A DNA stretch of 64,000 bases from Nitrosopumilus sp. (GTDB lineage: Archaea > Thermoproteota > Nitrososphaeria > Nitrososphaerales > Nitrosopumilaceae), in the NCBI GenBank assembly GCA_965197525.1, contig OZ240211.1, positions 1,632,001-1,696,000 of the forward strand. The letters are read 5' to 3'. Below, piece by piece: positions 38,501-49,091 of this stretch (position 1 is the first letter of the stretch; the number at the start of each line of letters is the position of its first letter). The notes under the pieces were generated by a model. That model made no database searches. It was not told the origin of the DNA and was given only the letters and a program-made list of their open reading frames with translations. A program made the position numbers and the translations under genes.

Positions 38501-38574
38501 AACGTCAGCTGACTTTGGTTATAATATAAATTCTGATTATATTTGATACTTGAGAGAGCGATCCTACTAGACCT

Positions 38575-38850
38575 CTATAGCGAATTTAGAATTTTAGCTA
38601 GATTGATATCATTTCTTGTAATGCCGCCTGCATCATGGGTTGTCAAATCTACTGTTATCTTGTTGTATACATTATACCACTCTGGATGGTGGTTCATCTT
38701 TTCAATCTCCATTGCAGCCCTTGTCATAAAGCCAAACGCCTGATTGAAGCTCTCAAATTGGAACTCTTTGTGCAGCTTTTCATTTGTAATGCTCCATCCA
38801 TCAAGGCTCTCTAATTCTGTATCAATCTCCGTCTTTGATAGTTTTATCAT
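38575..38850 (-). CDS. pterin-4a-carbinolamine dehydratase
   Basis: [22 protein letters not shown]. Confidence 0.93.
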   Translation of the reverse strand: MIKLSKTEIDTELESLDGWSITNEKLHKEFQFESFNQAFGFMTRAAMEIEKMNHHPEWYNVYNKITVDLTTHDAGGITRNDINLAKILNSL

Positions 38851-38922
38851 TGTTATACCATATGTAGTGGTAAATTAATAGTTAGAGGTTTTAACCTGTA
38901 ATCATACAAAACGTGATGTATA

Positions 38923-39678
38923 ATGGACCAAATCAAAAAACAACTACTCAATAATATCTCAGAATCAATCTCAGAGTCTGTCTCCCAGAAAAATATTGGA
39001 GTTGCCTTCTCAGGAGGTGTTGATAGCACGCTAATCTCCAAGATATGCCATGACATGGGGTATGACATCACCCTCCTGACAATTGGTTTTTCAGACTCTC
39101 ATGACATCTTGTTTGCAAACCAAATTAACGAATATCTCAAATATCCACATCATGTCTTGGAGATTGATTCTGATACGTTCTCTTCTGTCTGCTCTGATAT
39201 CCATGAGAAGATAAAGACAGACAATCTGTCATGGAATGAGAACTGTATTGCGTTTTACTATGTGTCTCAACTAGCTCGTAACCTGAACATTGATACTGTG
39301 GTTACTGCAAATGGTATGGACGAACTGTTTTGTGGATATAATGCATATCGAGAGGCATTTGCTGGCGGAGAGTCTGAAATTCACAAAGTAATGGACTCTA
39401 AACTTGACAACGAACTACACATGATGCAAGCAGTTAATCTTGTGGCATCTGGGTTCGGTGTTAGCATCTTACAGCCATTACTGACCCCAAGATTCATCAA
39501 TTATGCTAAAACCATACCAGTATCTGAAAAAATTCACAGCTCAGATGACATATATCGCAAGCATATAATTCGAGAGTTAGCTTGCGAGATCAAGGTACCT
39601 GAACTCTCTTGCACAAAACGAAAAAAAGCGTTACAGTACGGCTCTAAAATCCACAAATCTCTGCTAAAACTTAGGTGA
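38923..39678 (+). CDS. asparagine synthase C-terminal (PP-loop) domain protein
   Basis: AFSGGVDS, ANGMDELFCGY, RKKKALQYGS; no glutaminase domain. Confidence 0.85.
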   Translation: MDQIKKQLLNNISESISESVSQKNIGVAFSGGVDSTLISKICHDMGYDITLLTIGFSDSHDILFANQINEYLKYPHHVLEIDSDTFSSVCSDIHEKIKTDNLSWNENCIAFYYVSQLARNLNIDTVVTANGMDELFCGYNAYREAFAGGESEIHKVMDSKLDNELHMMQAVNLVASGFGVSILQPLLTPRFINYAKTIPVSEKIHSSDDIYRKHIIRELACEIKVPELSCTKRKKALQYGSKIHKSLLKLR

Positions 39679-41035
39679 TGAATCTCTTTATGGTCTTTTG
39701 AACGGTTCTCTCTACATTGCGTATAATTTGGCGTGATGCTCCCAAGTGTTTTTCTGGTAGGAATATTGAGTCAATTTCAGTACTAGTTAACCTGGATGAG
39801 AATGCCTTGTCCCCTTTGATTGCATCTATGTATTGAGCCCCATCGTGGTTTGCCTCAAATGCCACCCTTTGAACGTCTTTGTATGCTACAAATCTTGGCA
39901 CTCTTTTCTTTATCAGTGCCTCTAAGACAAATTCTGCGAAGATCTGACCTCGTGTGATATACAAGTTCTCTACAATTCGTTTCTTGTTTACCATCAAGTT
40001 TGAGATGATTCTAGTCATGGTCTCTAGCATCTCATCTACTAAAATTGATACAGTTGGAATTACAAATCTCTCGTTGGCAGAGTTTGAGAGATCTCGCTCG
40101 TGCCACAACGGAATATTCTCAAACGATACTCCGACTTGGCTTCTTACCAGTTTTGATAATGATGATACCCGTTCACTCTTTATTGGATTTCTTTTTACTG
40201 GAACTGCACTACTTCCCATCTGTCCTTTTTTGAACTGTTCTGCAACTTCTCCTATCTCCGTTCTCTGCAGGTTTCTAATCTCTATTGCCATCTTTTCAAG
40301 ACTAGTACCAATCAATGCTAATTCAAAGACGTATTCTGCATATCTCTCTCTTGGAACTACTTGTGTTGTAACTTCTGCCGGAAATAGTCCTAGTCGTTTG
40401 GCCACTTTTTTTTGTACCACAAGCGCTTTTGCACCCATTAACGAACCCGTACCCACAACACCCAACGTCTTGCAGATTAGGATTCTCTTCTTTATCTCCT
40501 CAATTCTCTCTACATGTTTTGCCATCTCTGCTGCCCAATTTGCAAATTTTAATCCAAATGAGATGATGCTTGCGTGTTGTCCATGTGTTCTCCCAACTGC
40601 TGGCACGTCTTTGTATTTTACTGCCTGTTTTACAAGTATTGATGCCATCTTTGCAACTTTGGGTTCAATAATTTGTAATGCATCTCGCATCTGCATGGAG
40701 TTGCTTGTATCAACTAGGTCGTTGCTTGTAAGACCGTAATGTATCCATGGTCTAGCATTTTTTGTGCATCTCTCGCTTAGTGACTCTACTAGTGCTGCAG
40801 TGTCATGATCGCTTTTTGCCTCCAACTGCTTGATTCTCTTTGCAGTAATTTTTTTACCTGTTGCCACTCTGAATATTTCTCTTCCTGCCTTTTTTGATAT
40901 CATGCCTATCTCACTTTGAGATATGGCAGTTGCGCCTTCAATCTCCAACTGATAGTTTACTTTTTGCTGCTCACCAAATATTCTCATCATCTCTTTTGTA
41001 CCATAACGACCGGTATCAATTGGTAGAATTGCCAT
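39671..41035 (-). CDS. purB: adenylosuccinate lyase
   Basis: HYGLTSND, GRTHGQHA, GSSAVPVKRNP, WHERDLSN. Confidence 0.96.
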   Translation of the reverse strand: MAILPIDTGRYGTKEMMRIFGEQQKVNYQLEIEGATAISQSEIGMISKKAGREIFRVATGKKITAKRIKQLEAKSDHDTAALVESLSERCTKNARPWIHYGLTSNDLVDTSNSMQMRDALQIIEPKVAKMASILVKQAVKYKDVPAVGRTHGQHASIISFGLKFANWAAEMAKHVERIEEIKKRILICKTLGVVGTGSLMGAKALVVQKKVAKRLGLFPAEVTTQVVPRERYAEYVFELALIGTSLEKMAIEIRNLQRTEIGEVAEQFKKGQMGSSAVPVKRNPIKSERVSSLSKLVRSQVGVSFENIPLWHERDLSNSANERFVIPTVSILVDEMLETMTRIISNLMVNKKRIVENLYITRGQIFAEFVLEALIKKRVPRFVAYKDVQRVAFEANHDGAQYIDAIKGDKAFSSRLTSTEIDSIFLPEKHLGASRQIIRNVERTVQKTIKRFIT

Positions 41036-41329
41036 ATGTTTGGTCATTATACATTAAAAATAAATCTACTCATGACCGTCAATTTTATCTCTACTACACG
41101 CAACATTAGACTACGTGTTCATGTATCCAAAGTAATCAGTCGTCGTCGTCGTCATATCCTATTTTTACTCATTATGCAACACAGAATACACCATTGTGAT
41201 TTTCAAGCTTTTCAGCAGAAAAGATATTAGAATTTATGCACTATTTCCCACAACTTTCACTGAATTTAGAATTATTTCCTGCTTCTCTGATGGTTTAAAT
41301 TGGCAAAAAAGCAATTTACACCCATACAT

Positions 41330-42772
41330 ATGTCTGCTACAAGAAAAATCGGTGATAATCAATACCAGATTGACGCTGACTCTAATCTCGGAATGAAGGT
41401 TCCTGTAAGAATTTACGCAGATGAACCCCTACTACAAAAGATGCTCTCCGATAGGACAATCATGCAGGCACGAAACGTTGCTTCCATCCCAGGAATAGTC
41501 GGGTACAGCGTAGTCCTGCCTGACGGTCATGAGGGTTACGGTTTTCCTGTAGGCGGGGTGGCTGCCATGGATGCCCAAGAGGGAATGATAAGTCCGGGCG
41601 GCGTAGGATATGACATCAACTGTGGCGTAAGACTGATACGTTCCAACTTGACTGAGCAAGCCGTCCGCCTAAAACTCAAAGAGCTAGTCACTGATCTGTT
41701 CGGTTCTATCCCTTCAGGTGTCGGCTCAAAGGGTGCAGTCAAACTCACAAATTCTGAACTAGATGAAGTTCTAGTCCGAGGTGTCAACTGGGCAATTGAT
41801 CATGGTTATGGCTCATCAGATGACTCTGATGTATGTGAAGAAAATGGAAGTATTGCAAACGCCGATCCAAACAAAGTTTCTGACAAAGCAAGAAAACGGG
41901 GTGCGCCCCAACTGGGAAGTCTGGGTTCGGGAAACCATTTTCTAGAGGTACAAAAAGTTTCAGAGGTTCACAACAAAGAGGCAGCAGACAAAATGGGATT
42001 AAAAGAGGGAACAATAACAGTTTTAATTCACTGCGGTTCTCGCGGCTTTGGACACCAAGTGTGTAGTGACTATCTTCGCGTTTCAGAGCAGGCGATGGCA
42101 AAATACAATATACATCTACCTGACAGAGAGCTTGCATGCGTTCCAAATAACTCTGATGAGGGCGACTCGTATAGACGAGCCATGTTTGCAGCACTAAATT
42201 TTGCGTGGAGTAACAGACAGATGATCACTCATTGGACCCGGAATTCGTTTCAACGTGTATTTAATCAGACAGAATCTGATCTTGATATGAAACTAGTCTA
42301 CGATGTTGCTCATAATATTGCCAAGATAGAAAGACACAATGTTGATGGCTCTAGCCGCGACTTGGTAGTTCACAGGAAAGGCGCTACAAGGGCATTTCCT
42401 GCAAATCGTGATGAGATACCATCCAGGTATCGTAATCTTGGACAACCTGTTCTGGTTCCAGGTTCTATGGGAACTGCCAGTTGGATTTTGCTTGGGCAGC
42501 CAAATTCAATGAACCTGAGTTTTGGTTCTACTGCCCACGGTGCAGGAAGAACCATGTCACGCTCAAAGGCCAGACGAAACTACACTGAGGCAGATGTGAA
42601 AAAATCTCTTAATGCAAACGGCATATTCATAAAATCGTTGACTAGAGACGGTGTTGTAGAGGAGGCTCCTCAGGCATACAAAGATGTGGATGCCGTAGTT
42701 GATGTATCTCATAATCTTGGCATTGCAACTAAAGTAGCAAAGCTGGTACCTATAGGGGTGATAAAAGGTTGA
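41330..42772 (+). CDS. rtcB: RtcB tRNA-splicing RNA ligase
   Basis: PDGHEGYGFPVGG, DINCG, GSLGSGNHF, HCGSRG, HRKGAT, HGAGR; no intein. Confidence 0.96.
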   Translation: MSATRKIGDNQYQIDADSNLGMKVPVRIYADEPLLQKMLSDRTIMQARNVASIPGIVGYSVVLPDGHEGYGFPVGGVAAMDAQEGMISPGGVGYDINCGVRLIRSNLTEQAVRLKLKELVTDLFGSIPSGVGSKGAVKLTNSELDEVLVRGVNWAIDHGYGSSDDSDVCEENGSIANADPNKVSDKARKRGAPQLGSLGSGNHFLEVQKVSEVHNKEAADKMGLKEGTITVLIHCGSRGFGHQVCSDYLRVSEQAMAKYNIHLPDRELACVPNNSDEGDSYRRAMFAALNFAWSNRQMITHWTRNSFQRVFNQTESDLDMKLVYDVAHNIAKIERHNVDGSSRDLVVHRKGATRAFPANRDEIPSRYRNLGQPVLVPGSMGTASWILLGQPNSMNLSFGSTAHGAGRTMSRSKARRNYTEADVKKSLNANGIFIKSLTRDGVVEEAPQAYKDVDAVVDVSHNLGIATKVAKLVPIGVIKG

Positions 42773-43200
42773 GCGATGAGGATATAGAACTAGAGCGACT
42801 AAAGGCAAAACGTTTTGCTGAGATGCAAAAGAACCTGTCTGTAAAACAAAAGAAGGTTGAATCTGAACCAAAACCCAAAACCAGTGACAAGACTCCTGGG
42901 GATTCTAGGTCCATACTAGTCCCAATACTTGGTTTTAGAGGCCTTGAGGTTCTAGAGCATGCCGAATCTCAATTTCCTCACCAGACTCCTATAATCATAA
43001 AGAAACTATCCGAGTTGATAAAGACTGGTGAGATCAACGAAGTTATTGACGGTGGAAAATTACTAACATTGTTTCGAGCAATAGGATTGAATATTCGAAT
43101 GGAGACTAAAATCAATATCGAACAGGATGGCAAATTCGTATCATTGAGTGATAAACTCAGTAATCATTCCTCCATTGATGATGTTGATGATGAACCATGA
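42769..43200 (+). CDS. PDCD5-like dsDNA-binding protein
   Basis: DIELERLKAKRFAEMQ start; overlaps rtcB stop. Confidence 0.6.
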   Translation: MSDEDIELERLKAKRFAEMQKNLSVKQKKVESEPKPKTSDKTPGDSRSILVPILGFRGLEVLEHAESQFPHQTPIIIKKLSELIKTGEINEVIDGGKLLTLFRAIGLNIRMETKINIEQDGKFVSLSDKLSNHSSIDDVDDEP

Positions 43201-43514
43201 CTATAATTTTAGAGATTGGCTCCAAAAACTATGCTGATGATTCACTGTCAATCAAGATGGCATTGTCTCATCTAGAGAGTCTTGTAGGTTGCTACAACGG
43301 ATATGTTAAAAGTGAACCGTCATCAAAGTTTGGATGGACATTTTTTAGATTGGTCTTTAAACCTGATCTTCAATGCGGGATAGAAGAAAAATTCTTTGAT
43401 ATGATAACAAGATATCCTGGTAATGACAATTCGCAAAAGTTTGCTAAATTTATGAGCGATTACTTTATGTCGAAAAGATGTAATGGTATTACCGTAAAAC
43501 TTGTTACTGATTAG
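43197..43514 (+). CDS. conserved hypothetical protein
   Basis: ATGA-coupled to previous gene. Confidence 0.65.
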   Translation: MTIILEIGSKNYADDSLSIKMALSHLESLVGCYNGYVKSEPSSKFGWTFFRLVFKPDLQCGIEEKFFDMITRYPGNDNSQKFAKFMSDYFMSKRCNGITVKLVTD

Positions 43515-44101
43515 ACTCTTCTTCCTCTCTTTCCGCCTTTCTTTCTTGTGGTATCATGAGGGATGGGTGTTACATCATCAATACGCCCAATTTTGAATCC
43601 GCCTCTTGCCAGCGCTCTGATTGCAGCTTGTGCACTAGGACCTGGTACTCTGGAACCCACTCCGCCTACTGCCCGAACTCTGATATGAAATCCTGCAAAT
43701 CCTTTGGTTCTTGCAGATTCTAATACCGCATTTGCAGCCTTCATTGCAGCAAATGGCGATGCTTCGTATCTGTCAGCATTAACGTGAATTCCGCCTGAGC
43801 TAATCGATACTGTCTCTGCCCCTGTAAGGTCAGTCATGTGAATGATTGTATTGTTATAACTACTGTAAATATGAGCAATTCCCCATTTTTCTGGACTCTC
43901 TTTCTTTACTTCTGGCTCTATCTTTTTTTCTGTAGCCACACTTGGTTTTGATTTTTCTTGCTCTGCTGGTTTACTGTCTTTTGTATTCTCGGGCGTCTGT
44001 TCTTCTTTTACTATTGTTGCCGGCGTCTCTGCCTCTGGTGCTTGCTCTACTTGCACTTGTTGTTGTTCTGCCTCTGGAGTTATTGTTTCAGTATCTGACA
44101 A
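43511..44101 (-). CDS. rps11: 30S ribosomal protein S11 with acidic N-terminal extension
   Basis: [44 protein letters not shown]. Confidence 0.96.
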   Translation of the reverse strand: MSDTETITPEAEQQQVQVEQAPEAETPATIVKEEQTPENTKDSKPAEQEKSKPSVATEKKIEPEVKKESPEKWGIAHIYSSYNNTIIHMTDLTGAETVSISSGGIHVNADRYEASPFAAMKAANAVLESARTKGFAGFHIRVRAVGGVGSRVPGPSAQAAIRALARGGFKIGRIDDVTPIPHDTTRKKGGKRGRRV

Positions 44102-44221
44102 TATCTAATCACATCTTAAAGGGTTTAAAAAACATTGATTTTTGATATACAGCTCTGATGTCAACTAGTTGCTCAATAATGCCCACAATAACGTTTGGCA
44201 TACTTGGCAATACCTCACATA

Positions 44222-44476
44222 TCAAATGCTTTTCTCAATTTCTTTGATATTTGTAATCGTACCTAGCACAGAGTCCATCTGAACTACTGCTCTCATCTTA
44301 TCAGGCCATCCTAACGCTACATACCAGTCTCCTGCATCATCATGGTATTTTGTCTCTAGTGTATTGATATTGTCAGGATTTACATCGTATTTCTTTGCAA
44401 TACCTGAAACAGCAAGCGATACTGCATCCCTCTCTTTCTCTAATCGTCTCTTCATTAATCCTATACCTGGACTCAT
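44222..44476 (-). CDS. conserved hypothetical protein
   Basis: 84-aa ORF. Confidence 0.6.
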   Translation of the reverse strand: MSPGIGLMKRRLEKERDAVSLAVSGIAKKYDVNPDNINTLETKYHDDAGDWYVALGWPDKMRAVVQMDSVLGTITNIKEIEKSI

Positions 44477-44584
44477 ATCTTACACTACCGTGTATAGTCA
44501 TCTGGTTCTTAAAAAATTGTTTGTTACATCAGCATTTTAACTAACATTATTATATTTCTCATCAGCCTCTTTTAGCTATTTATC

Positions 44585-45178
44585 ATGAGACTAATTCAGA
44601 GACTATCCCACCTCGCACCTGTAAAATCAGCTACGCTAGTATCTATTGTATCAATTCTTGCAGTGGTCGGACCTGTCATTATCGTATCTGCTGGGTTCTG
44701 GGATGCCATATCCCATCTTCAACAAGAGCCTGAATTTTTTTGGAGCCCCTCGCACATTGTGGTATACTTTGGGGTATCTCTGACTAGCTGCGCTGCAGTA
44801 ATTGGTTCCATTCTGCTACTGCGAAGATCAGTCCGTAGATCCTTGAAGACTGGAATCAAACTTGTAATTGCAGGTTCCATACTACAGGTTGTTGCAGGTT
44901 TTGGAGATTCCATATCTCATGATCTCTTTGGTATCGATGGACTAATCTCATGGTCACACCAGCCGCTTGAATTAGGGTTGGTACTTGCATCATTAGGCGC
45001 AGTCTTGATACTAAAAAACAGAGAACATACAAGACTAGGTGTTCTTTTACATTTCTCGATTATCGCATTTTTGTTCTTTACGACTTGGCTTGTCTTTAAT
45101 CTAATCTTGTTTTTTGGACATACCATCCAATGCATTCAAATCTATGAGATATTCTCTTCTGGCTGCTCTATAATGTAA
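44585..45178 (+). CDS. AmoC/PmoC-like integral membrane protein with two D-x3-H-x12-H motifs
   Basis: D40/H44/H57 and D108/H112/H125, ~5 TM helices. Confidence 0.65.
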   Translation: MRLIQRLSHLAPVKSATLVSIVSILAVVGPVIIVSAGFWDAISHLQQEPEFFWSPSHIVVYFGVSLTSCAAVIGSILLLRRSVRRSLKTGIKLVIAGSILQVVAGFGDSISHDLFGIDGLISWSHQPLELGLVLASLGAVLILKNREHTRLGVLLHFSIIAFLFFTTWLVFNLILFFGHTIQCIQIYEIFSSGCSIM

Positions 45179-45633
45179 TTTTTTATCTTAAAGTATGATG
45201 TAATCATAATTGCCAATGCGCCTATCACTACCATTATTCCTGGGGCAAACATCTCTTGGGAATTTGTATCCCCAAACTCTACTTGTAACCCTATCGTACC
45301 CTCAGAAATATTTATGATTCTTGCAGTGTATGTGCCATCTTCATTGAAATCAAAATACCCTACTGCCAATTTTGTTTTAATTCTCTCTTCGTTTATTACA
45401 TTGTTGTTGGCATCCAATATCTGAACAAATATCTCCTCCCCTGAGAAATTTGGCATATACATCTTGTAGTATCCTATACCTTGGCTGAACAACTCTTGCT
45501 GCACTTGAAAGGACTCTGTTGGCTTTACCAGTACCACACCTTTTGCCTTTTCAGTCTCGCCAAAAACAATCGAGATCCAAATTGCTCCTATTACCACAAA
45601 TGCCATCCCAATGATAAATGGAGATATCTTCAT
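45142..45633 (-). CDS. membrane protein with GOLD-like beta domain
   Basis: N- and C-terminal TM helices flanking a beta-rich domain. Confidence 0.6.
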   Translation of the reverse strand: MKISPFIIGMAFVVIGAIWISIVFGETEKAKGVVLVKPTESFQVQQELFSQGIGYYKMYMPNFSGEEIFVQILDANNNVINEERIKTKLAVGYFDFNEDGTYTARIINISEGTIGLQVEFGDTNSQEMFAPGIMVVIGALAIMITSYFKIKNYIIEQPEENIS

Positions 45634-45788
45634 TATTATCGACGGTTATTTACCTTGTAAATAATCTATCTGTGCATTTATGGTTCAGATGATCCGGTTT
45701 GCTGTATCTGTTATTCTACCGGTCTGATTGATATACCATTTGATACGGACAATTAACTGAATTTGATATCTACAATAAAAAATATCAA

Positions 45789-45863
45789 GGGACTCGGAGG
45801 GCTTCGATCCCTCGACCTAGCGGTCCGAAGCCGCTTGCACTATCCAGACTATGCAACGAGTCC
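45789..45863 (-). tRNA. tRNA-Arg(TCG), atypical T-loop
   Basis: GGACTCG...CGAGTCC, AGCGG-CTTCGGA-CCGCT; T-loop ATCGAAG. Confidence 0.88.
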
Positions 45864-45907
45864 AAACAAATAAAATATTAACAGGGCTAAATATCTGCCT
45901 AAATACA

Positions 45908-47092
45908 TTGAAAGTCTCCAAAAAAGTAGTGGGCGTAGAGTATGCTATACGGGATATCGTACTTGCAGCACGCGCAGTACAAAAGCGGGGATTGGCAGTA
46001 GATTATCTAAACATAGGCGATCCGGTACAATTTGGTTTTCAGCCACCTGAGAACGTCAAAATAGCTCTAATTGATGCAATTAACAGGGGCGATAACCACT
46101 ATTCCTCCTCTGAAGGTCTCTTGGAGTTAAGAGAGGAGATTGCCAAAAAAGAGAATGCCAAGGGGCTCTCAATAACTGCAGACGATGTTCTGATTACCAA
46201 TGGCGTCTCTGAAGGATTGGATATGATAATGTCCTCAATTGTTGAGGAAGGCGACCAAGTACTGCTACCTGGGCCGTACTATCCGCCCTATGCCTCATAC
46301 GTCAGACTACACGGCGGAGTCCCTGTAGAGTTTGCAGTAGACCTTGAGAACTCTACTCCTGACATTGATGACATCCTCTCAAAGATAACTCCACGGACAG
46401 TAGCAATATGTCTGATTAGCCCAAACAACCCTACAGGTGTAGTCTTTAATGAAAAATCCCTCAAAGATCTAGTTGATATTGCAGATCAAAATGATCTGTA
46501 CGTTATCTGCGATGAAATTTATGATCAGATTGTATTTGATAATAAATTTGTAGGTATAGGAAAGGTTGCATCTGATCTGCCAGTAATTTTGCTTAATGGA
46601 TTCTCAAAGGTCCACTTGATGTCTGGCTGGAGAATTGGCTATCTTGTATTTAATCACTCGCCTAGACTTGATAATCTACGTCAACACCTCCCAAAACTAG
46701 CTCGAGTTCGTATTGCAGCTAATCTTCCAATACAGCACGCTGCTTTGGAGTCATTGCGCGGTCCTCAGGACTACATTACCGATTTTGTCAGCCAGGTCAA
46801 AAAACGCCGTGATTTAGTGGTCAAACGACTAAACGATATACCAGGTCTGTCATGCCCTAATCCTCAGGGCTCTTTTTACGCATTTCCAAAGATTCACAAG
46901 AACCCATTTGACTCTGATAAAGAGTTTGTAGTAAAGTTGCTTGAAACAAAAGGCGTACTTGCAGTACACGGATCAGGATTCGGCGAACAGTACGGCCGTG
47001 ATCATTTCAGGTTGGTATATCTTGCAGATGTTGACGTGTTGGATTCTGCAATGAACAAGATTGAAGAGTTTGTCAGTACTGCCAAACTGTAA
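45908..47092 (+). CDS. PLP-dependent aminotransferase class I/II
   Basis: LNIGDP, ISPNNPTG, DEIYD, NGFSKVHLMSGWRIG; TTG start at 45908 (track start overlaps tRNA). Confidence 0.92.
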   Translation: MKVSKKVVGVEYAIRDIVLAARAVQKRGLAVDYLNIGDPVQFGFQPPENVKIALIDAINRGDNHYSSSEGLLELREEIAKKENAKGLSITADDVLITNGVSEGLDMIMSSIVEEGDQVLLPGPYYPPYASYVRLHGGVPVEFAVDLENSTPDIDDILSKITPRTVAICLISPNNPTGVVFNEKSLKDLVDIADQNDLYVICDEIYDQIVFDNKFVGIGKVASDLPVILLNGFSKVHLMSGWRIGYLVFNHSPRLDNLRQHLPKLARVRIAANLPIQHAALESLRGPQDYITDFVSQVKKRRDLVVKRLNDIPGLSCPNPQGSFYAFPKIHKNPFDSDKEFVVKLLETKGVLAVHGSGFGEQYGRDHFRLVYLADVDVLDSAMNKIEEFVSTAKL

Positions 47093-47480
47093 GTTTTACT
47101 GGTGTTATCTGTATTATACAGTCAGTCTCATCTAGCAATTCTTCTGCTGATTCATTGCCATCAATCTCATCAAAATATCGTAAAAGAATCTGCCGTCCTA
47201 TTCTCTTTACCTTTTGCTTGTCTGCTGTGAGTAACTCTGCTGTTCCCTGTCCTAGAACTCCGTATATGTTCGGTGCATGAACCCCAACATCTACACAAAA
47301 TGAGATTTGAGTGTTCTGTGTTACGTTTTTTGCCTTTTGAGTCTTGGTGTTTGTTCCAACGTAAATCTTTCCTTTTTGGTATTTGTACCAAACCGGCACG
47401 ATATGTGGCATGCCATCCTTTCCTACTGTTGCTAGTCGCAGTATCTTTTGCTCTTTTAGAAATTCATCTCTTTTGTTCAT
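47073..47480 (-). CDS. pyridoxamine 5'-phosphate oxidase-like (PPOX/F420-binding) protein
   Basis: LRLATVGKDGMPHIVPVW, KAKNV. Confidence 0.88.
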   Translation of the reverse strand: MNKRDEFLKEQKILRLATVGKDGMPHIVPVWYKYQKGKIYVGTNTKTQKAKNVTQNTQISFCVDVGVHAPNIYGVLGQGTAELLTADKQKVKRIGRQILLRYFDEIDGNESAEELLDETDCIIQITPVKLTVWQY

Positions 47481-47736
47481 GACTTTCTCCTCTTTTTATT
47501 CCTCCTTCTCCTCTTCCTTTTCTTCTAAGCCCCATCATTATCATAAAAACCCCAAAACCCATCATTGCCATTGAGATCTTTTCATTGGTTAGATTACCGT
47601 CGAATAAAAAATCAGATACAAACTCTGGTCCCACTATGAGCAGTTGTTGGATTAGTACTATACCCGCCATGACGCAAAACAATACACCCATTGCTGTAAA
47701 CCAATTTCTGCCACGTCTATAGTATTCATTACTCAT
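47464..47736 (-). CDS. small two-TM membrane protein
   Basis: two hydrophobic segments; operonic with npdG. Confidence 0.6.
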   Translation of the reverse strand: MSNEYYRRGRNWFTAMGVLFCVMAGIVLIQQLLIVGPEFVSDFLFDGNLTNEKISMAMMGFGVFMIMMGLRRKGRGEGGIKRGESHEQKR

Positions 47737-47743
47737 GATGGTG

Positions 47744-48415
47744 CTATACTATCTTGATACCTGGATTTCTTATCTTGTTTCTAATCATTGCATTTAGCAG
47801 TAGTGGTGTGGATATCTCTGCCATATATGATAGATTGCCAGGCCCTAGATAGATGGGCCTTAGTCCTTTTATCTCGTTGATTAATCCATTTACAATCTGA
47901 ACAGAGTCATCATCGTCACCACACACAAATATATCGTAGTCTAGTTCCAGTTTGGGATTGACTAGCTTTTTCTCTGAGATCACATGAAACGCTGAGATGA
48001 GTTTTGACTTGTCTTTCATGTGTGATGATACAAGCTGATACGAGAACGGCTTGTTCTCTTTTATTGGAATGAACTCAAACCCTACATCTGTCTTTACCAT
48101 TGGAACAATAGGCGATACGACAACGCAGCTATCCTTGATTTCGGGCAATATCTCAGAACATATGGAGTCAATGTTTTCATACGGAATTGATAAAATCAAG
48201 ACATCACTGTCTCTTGCCACTGAGATATTATCCCCCCCTGAAATTTTTCCATTTATCTCTCCGAATGCTTCGTTTGCAAGATTAGTGTACTGTTTGGCTG
48301 ATTCAGATGCTCTTTTGGCATCCCTTGAGCCTATGAGTATTTCGTGATTCTGCGACCAACGTAGTGCAAATCCTTTGCCCATTCCGCCGGTACCTCCGAT
48401 TATTCCAACTCTCAT
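47744..48415 (-). CDS. npdG: F420-dependent NADP+ oxidoreductase
   Basis: GIIGGTGGMGKGFALRW, IGSRD, AFHVIS, CGDD. Confidence 0.88.
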   Translation of the reverse strand: MRVGIIGGTGGMGKGFALRWSQNHEILIGSRDAKRASESAKQYTNLANEAFGEINGKISGGDNISVARDSDVLILSIPYENIDSICSEILPEIKDSCVVVSPIVPMVKTDVGFEFIPIKENKPFSYQLVSSHMKDKSKLISAFHVISEKKLVNPKLELDYDIFVCGDDDDSVQIVNGLINEIKGLRPIYLGPGNLSYMAEISTPLLLNAMIRNKIRNPGIKIV

Positions 48416-48470
48416 AATGATAATAACTATCTGACAATGTTATTATTATCTCTATTTGATTTCGGATTAA

Positions 48471-49091
48471 TTGGGTCAAATAATTTTTCTCAGACACGGT
48501 CAAGCCGAAAATAATGTCAAACGAGTTCTGTCAGGACGAACTCCCGGTGTTCCTTTGACTGATACCGGTGTTAACCAGGCACGTCTTTGTGCTGAATTCT
48601 TAGAAGAGATGAACATATCTGCAATATACTCCAGTCCAATCCAACGAGCCAAGCATACTGCAGATACTGTGGGAGAACATCTGTCACTGGATGTCACAGC
48701 TGATGAACGTTTAACCGAACTTGATATGGGAAAGTTTACTGGAATGCAATACAATGAGATTGTTACCAATCACGGCAACGTCTTTATGAAATTCTACGAC
48801 GGTGAGTTAGAGATTGCACACAATGGTGTAGAAACTTTTGATCAGGTCAAAAAACGAGTAATCAGTATGATTGACGCAGTCTTAAAAAAACATCCAGATG
48901 AAAATGTATTGCTTGTATCTCACATGGATCCCATTAAAGCAATGCTTTCAACAGTGGTGAGTTTTTCTCCTGTAAATTTATTTGAATTGATCATTGCAAA
49001 TGCCTCCTTGACTATATTTGGCGAACACGATCAAAAATTTTCTCTTTTGGGATTAAACGTCATGCATTCATCACGATTTAACTCTGATTGA
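48471..49091 (+). CDS. histidine phosphatase (PGM) family protein
   Basis: RHGQAENN, SSPIQRA, VSH. Confidence 0.92.
   Translation: MGQIIFLRHGQAENNVKRVLSGRTPGVPLTDTGVNQARLCAEFLEEMNISAIYSSPIQRAKHTADTVGEHLSLDVTADERLTELDMGKFTGMQYNEIVTNHGNVFMKFYDGELEIAHNGVETFDQVKKRVISMIDAVLKKHPDENVLLVSHMDPIKAMLSTVVSFSPVNLFELIIANASLTIFGEHDQKFSLLGLNVMHSSRFNSD

Noticed and set aside
39954-40739. 261-aa plus-strand ORF and similar long antisense ORFs over acnA, valS, pdxS, coxA and amoB
   Set aside because: Shadow frames of well-supported opposite-strand genes.
41330-42772. Intein in rtcB (a known intein host)
   Set aside because: The length is normal and there are no splice-junction motifs.
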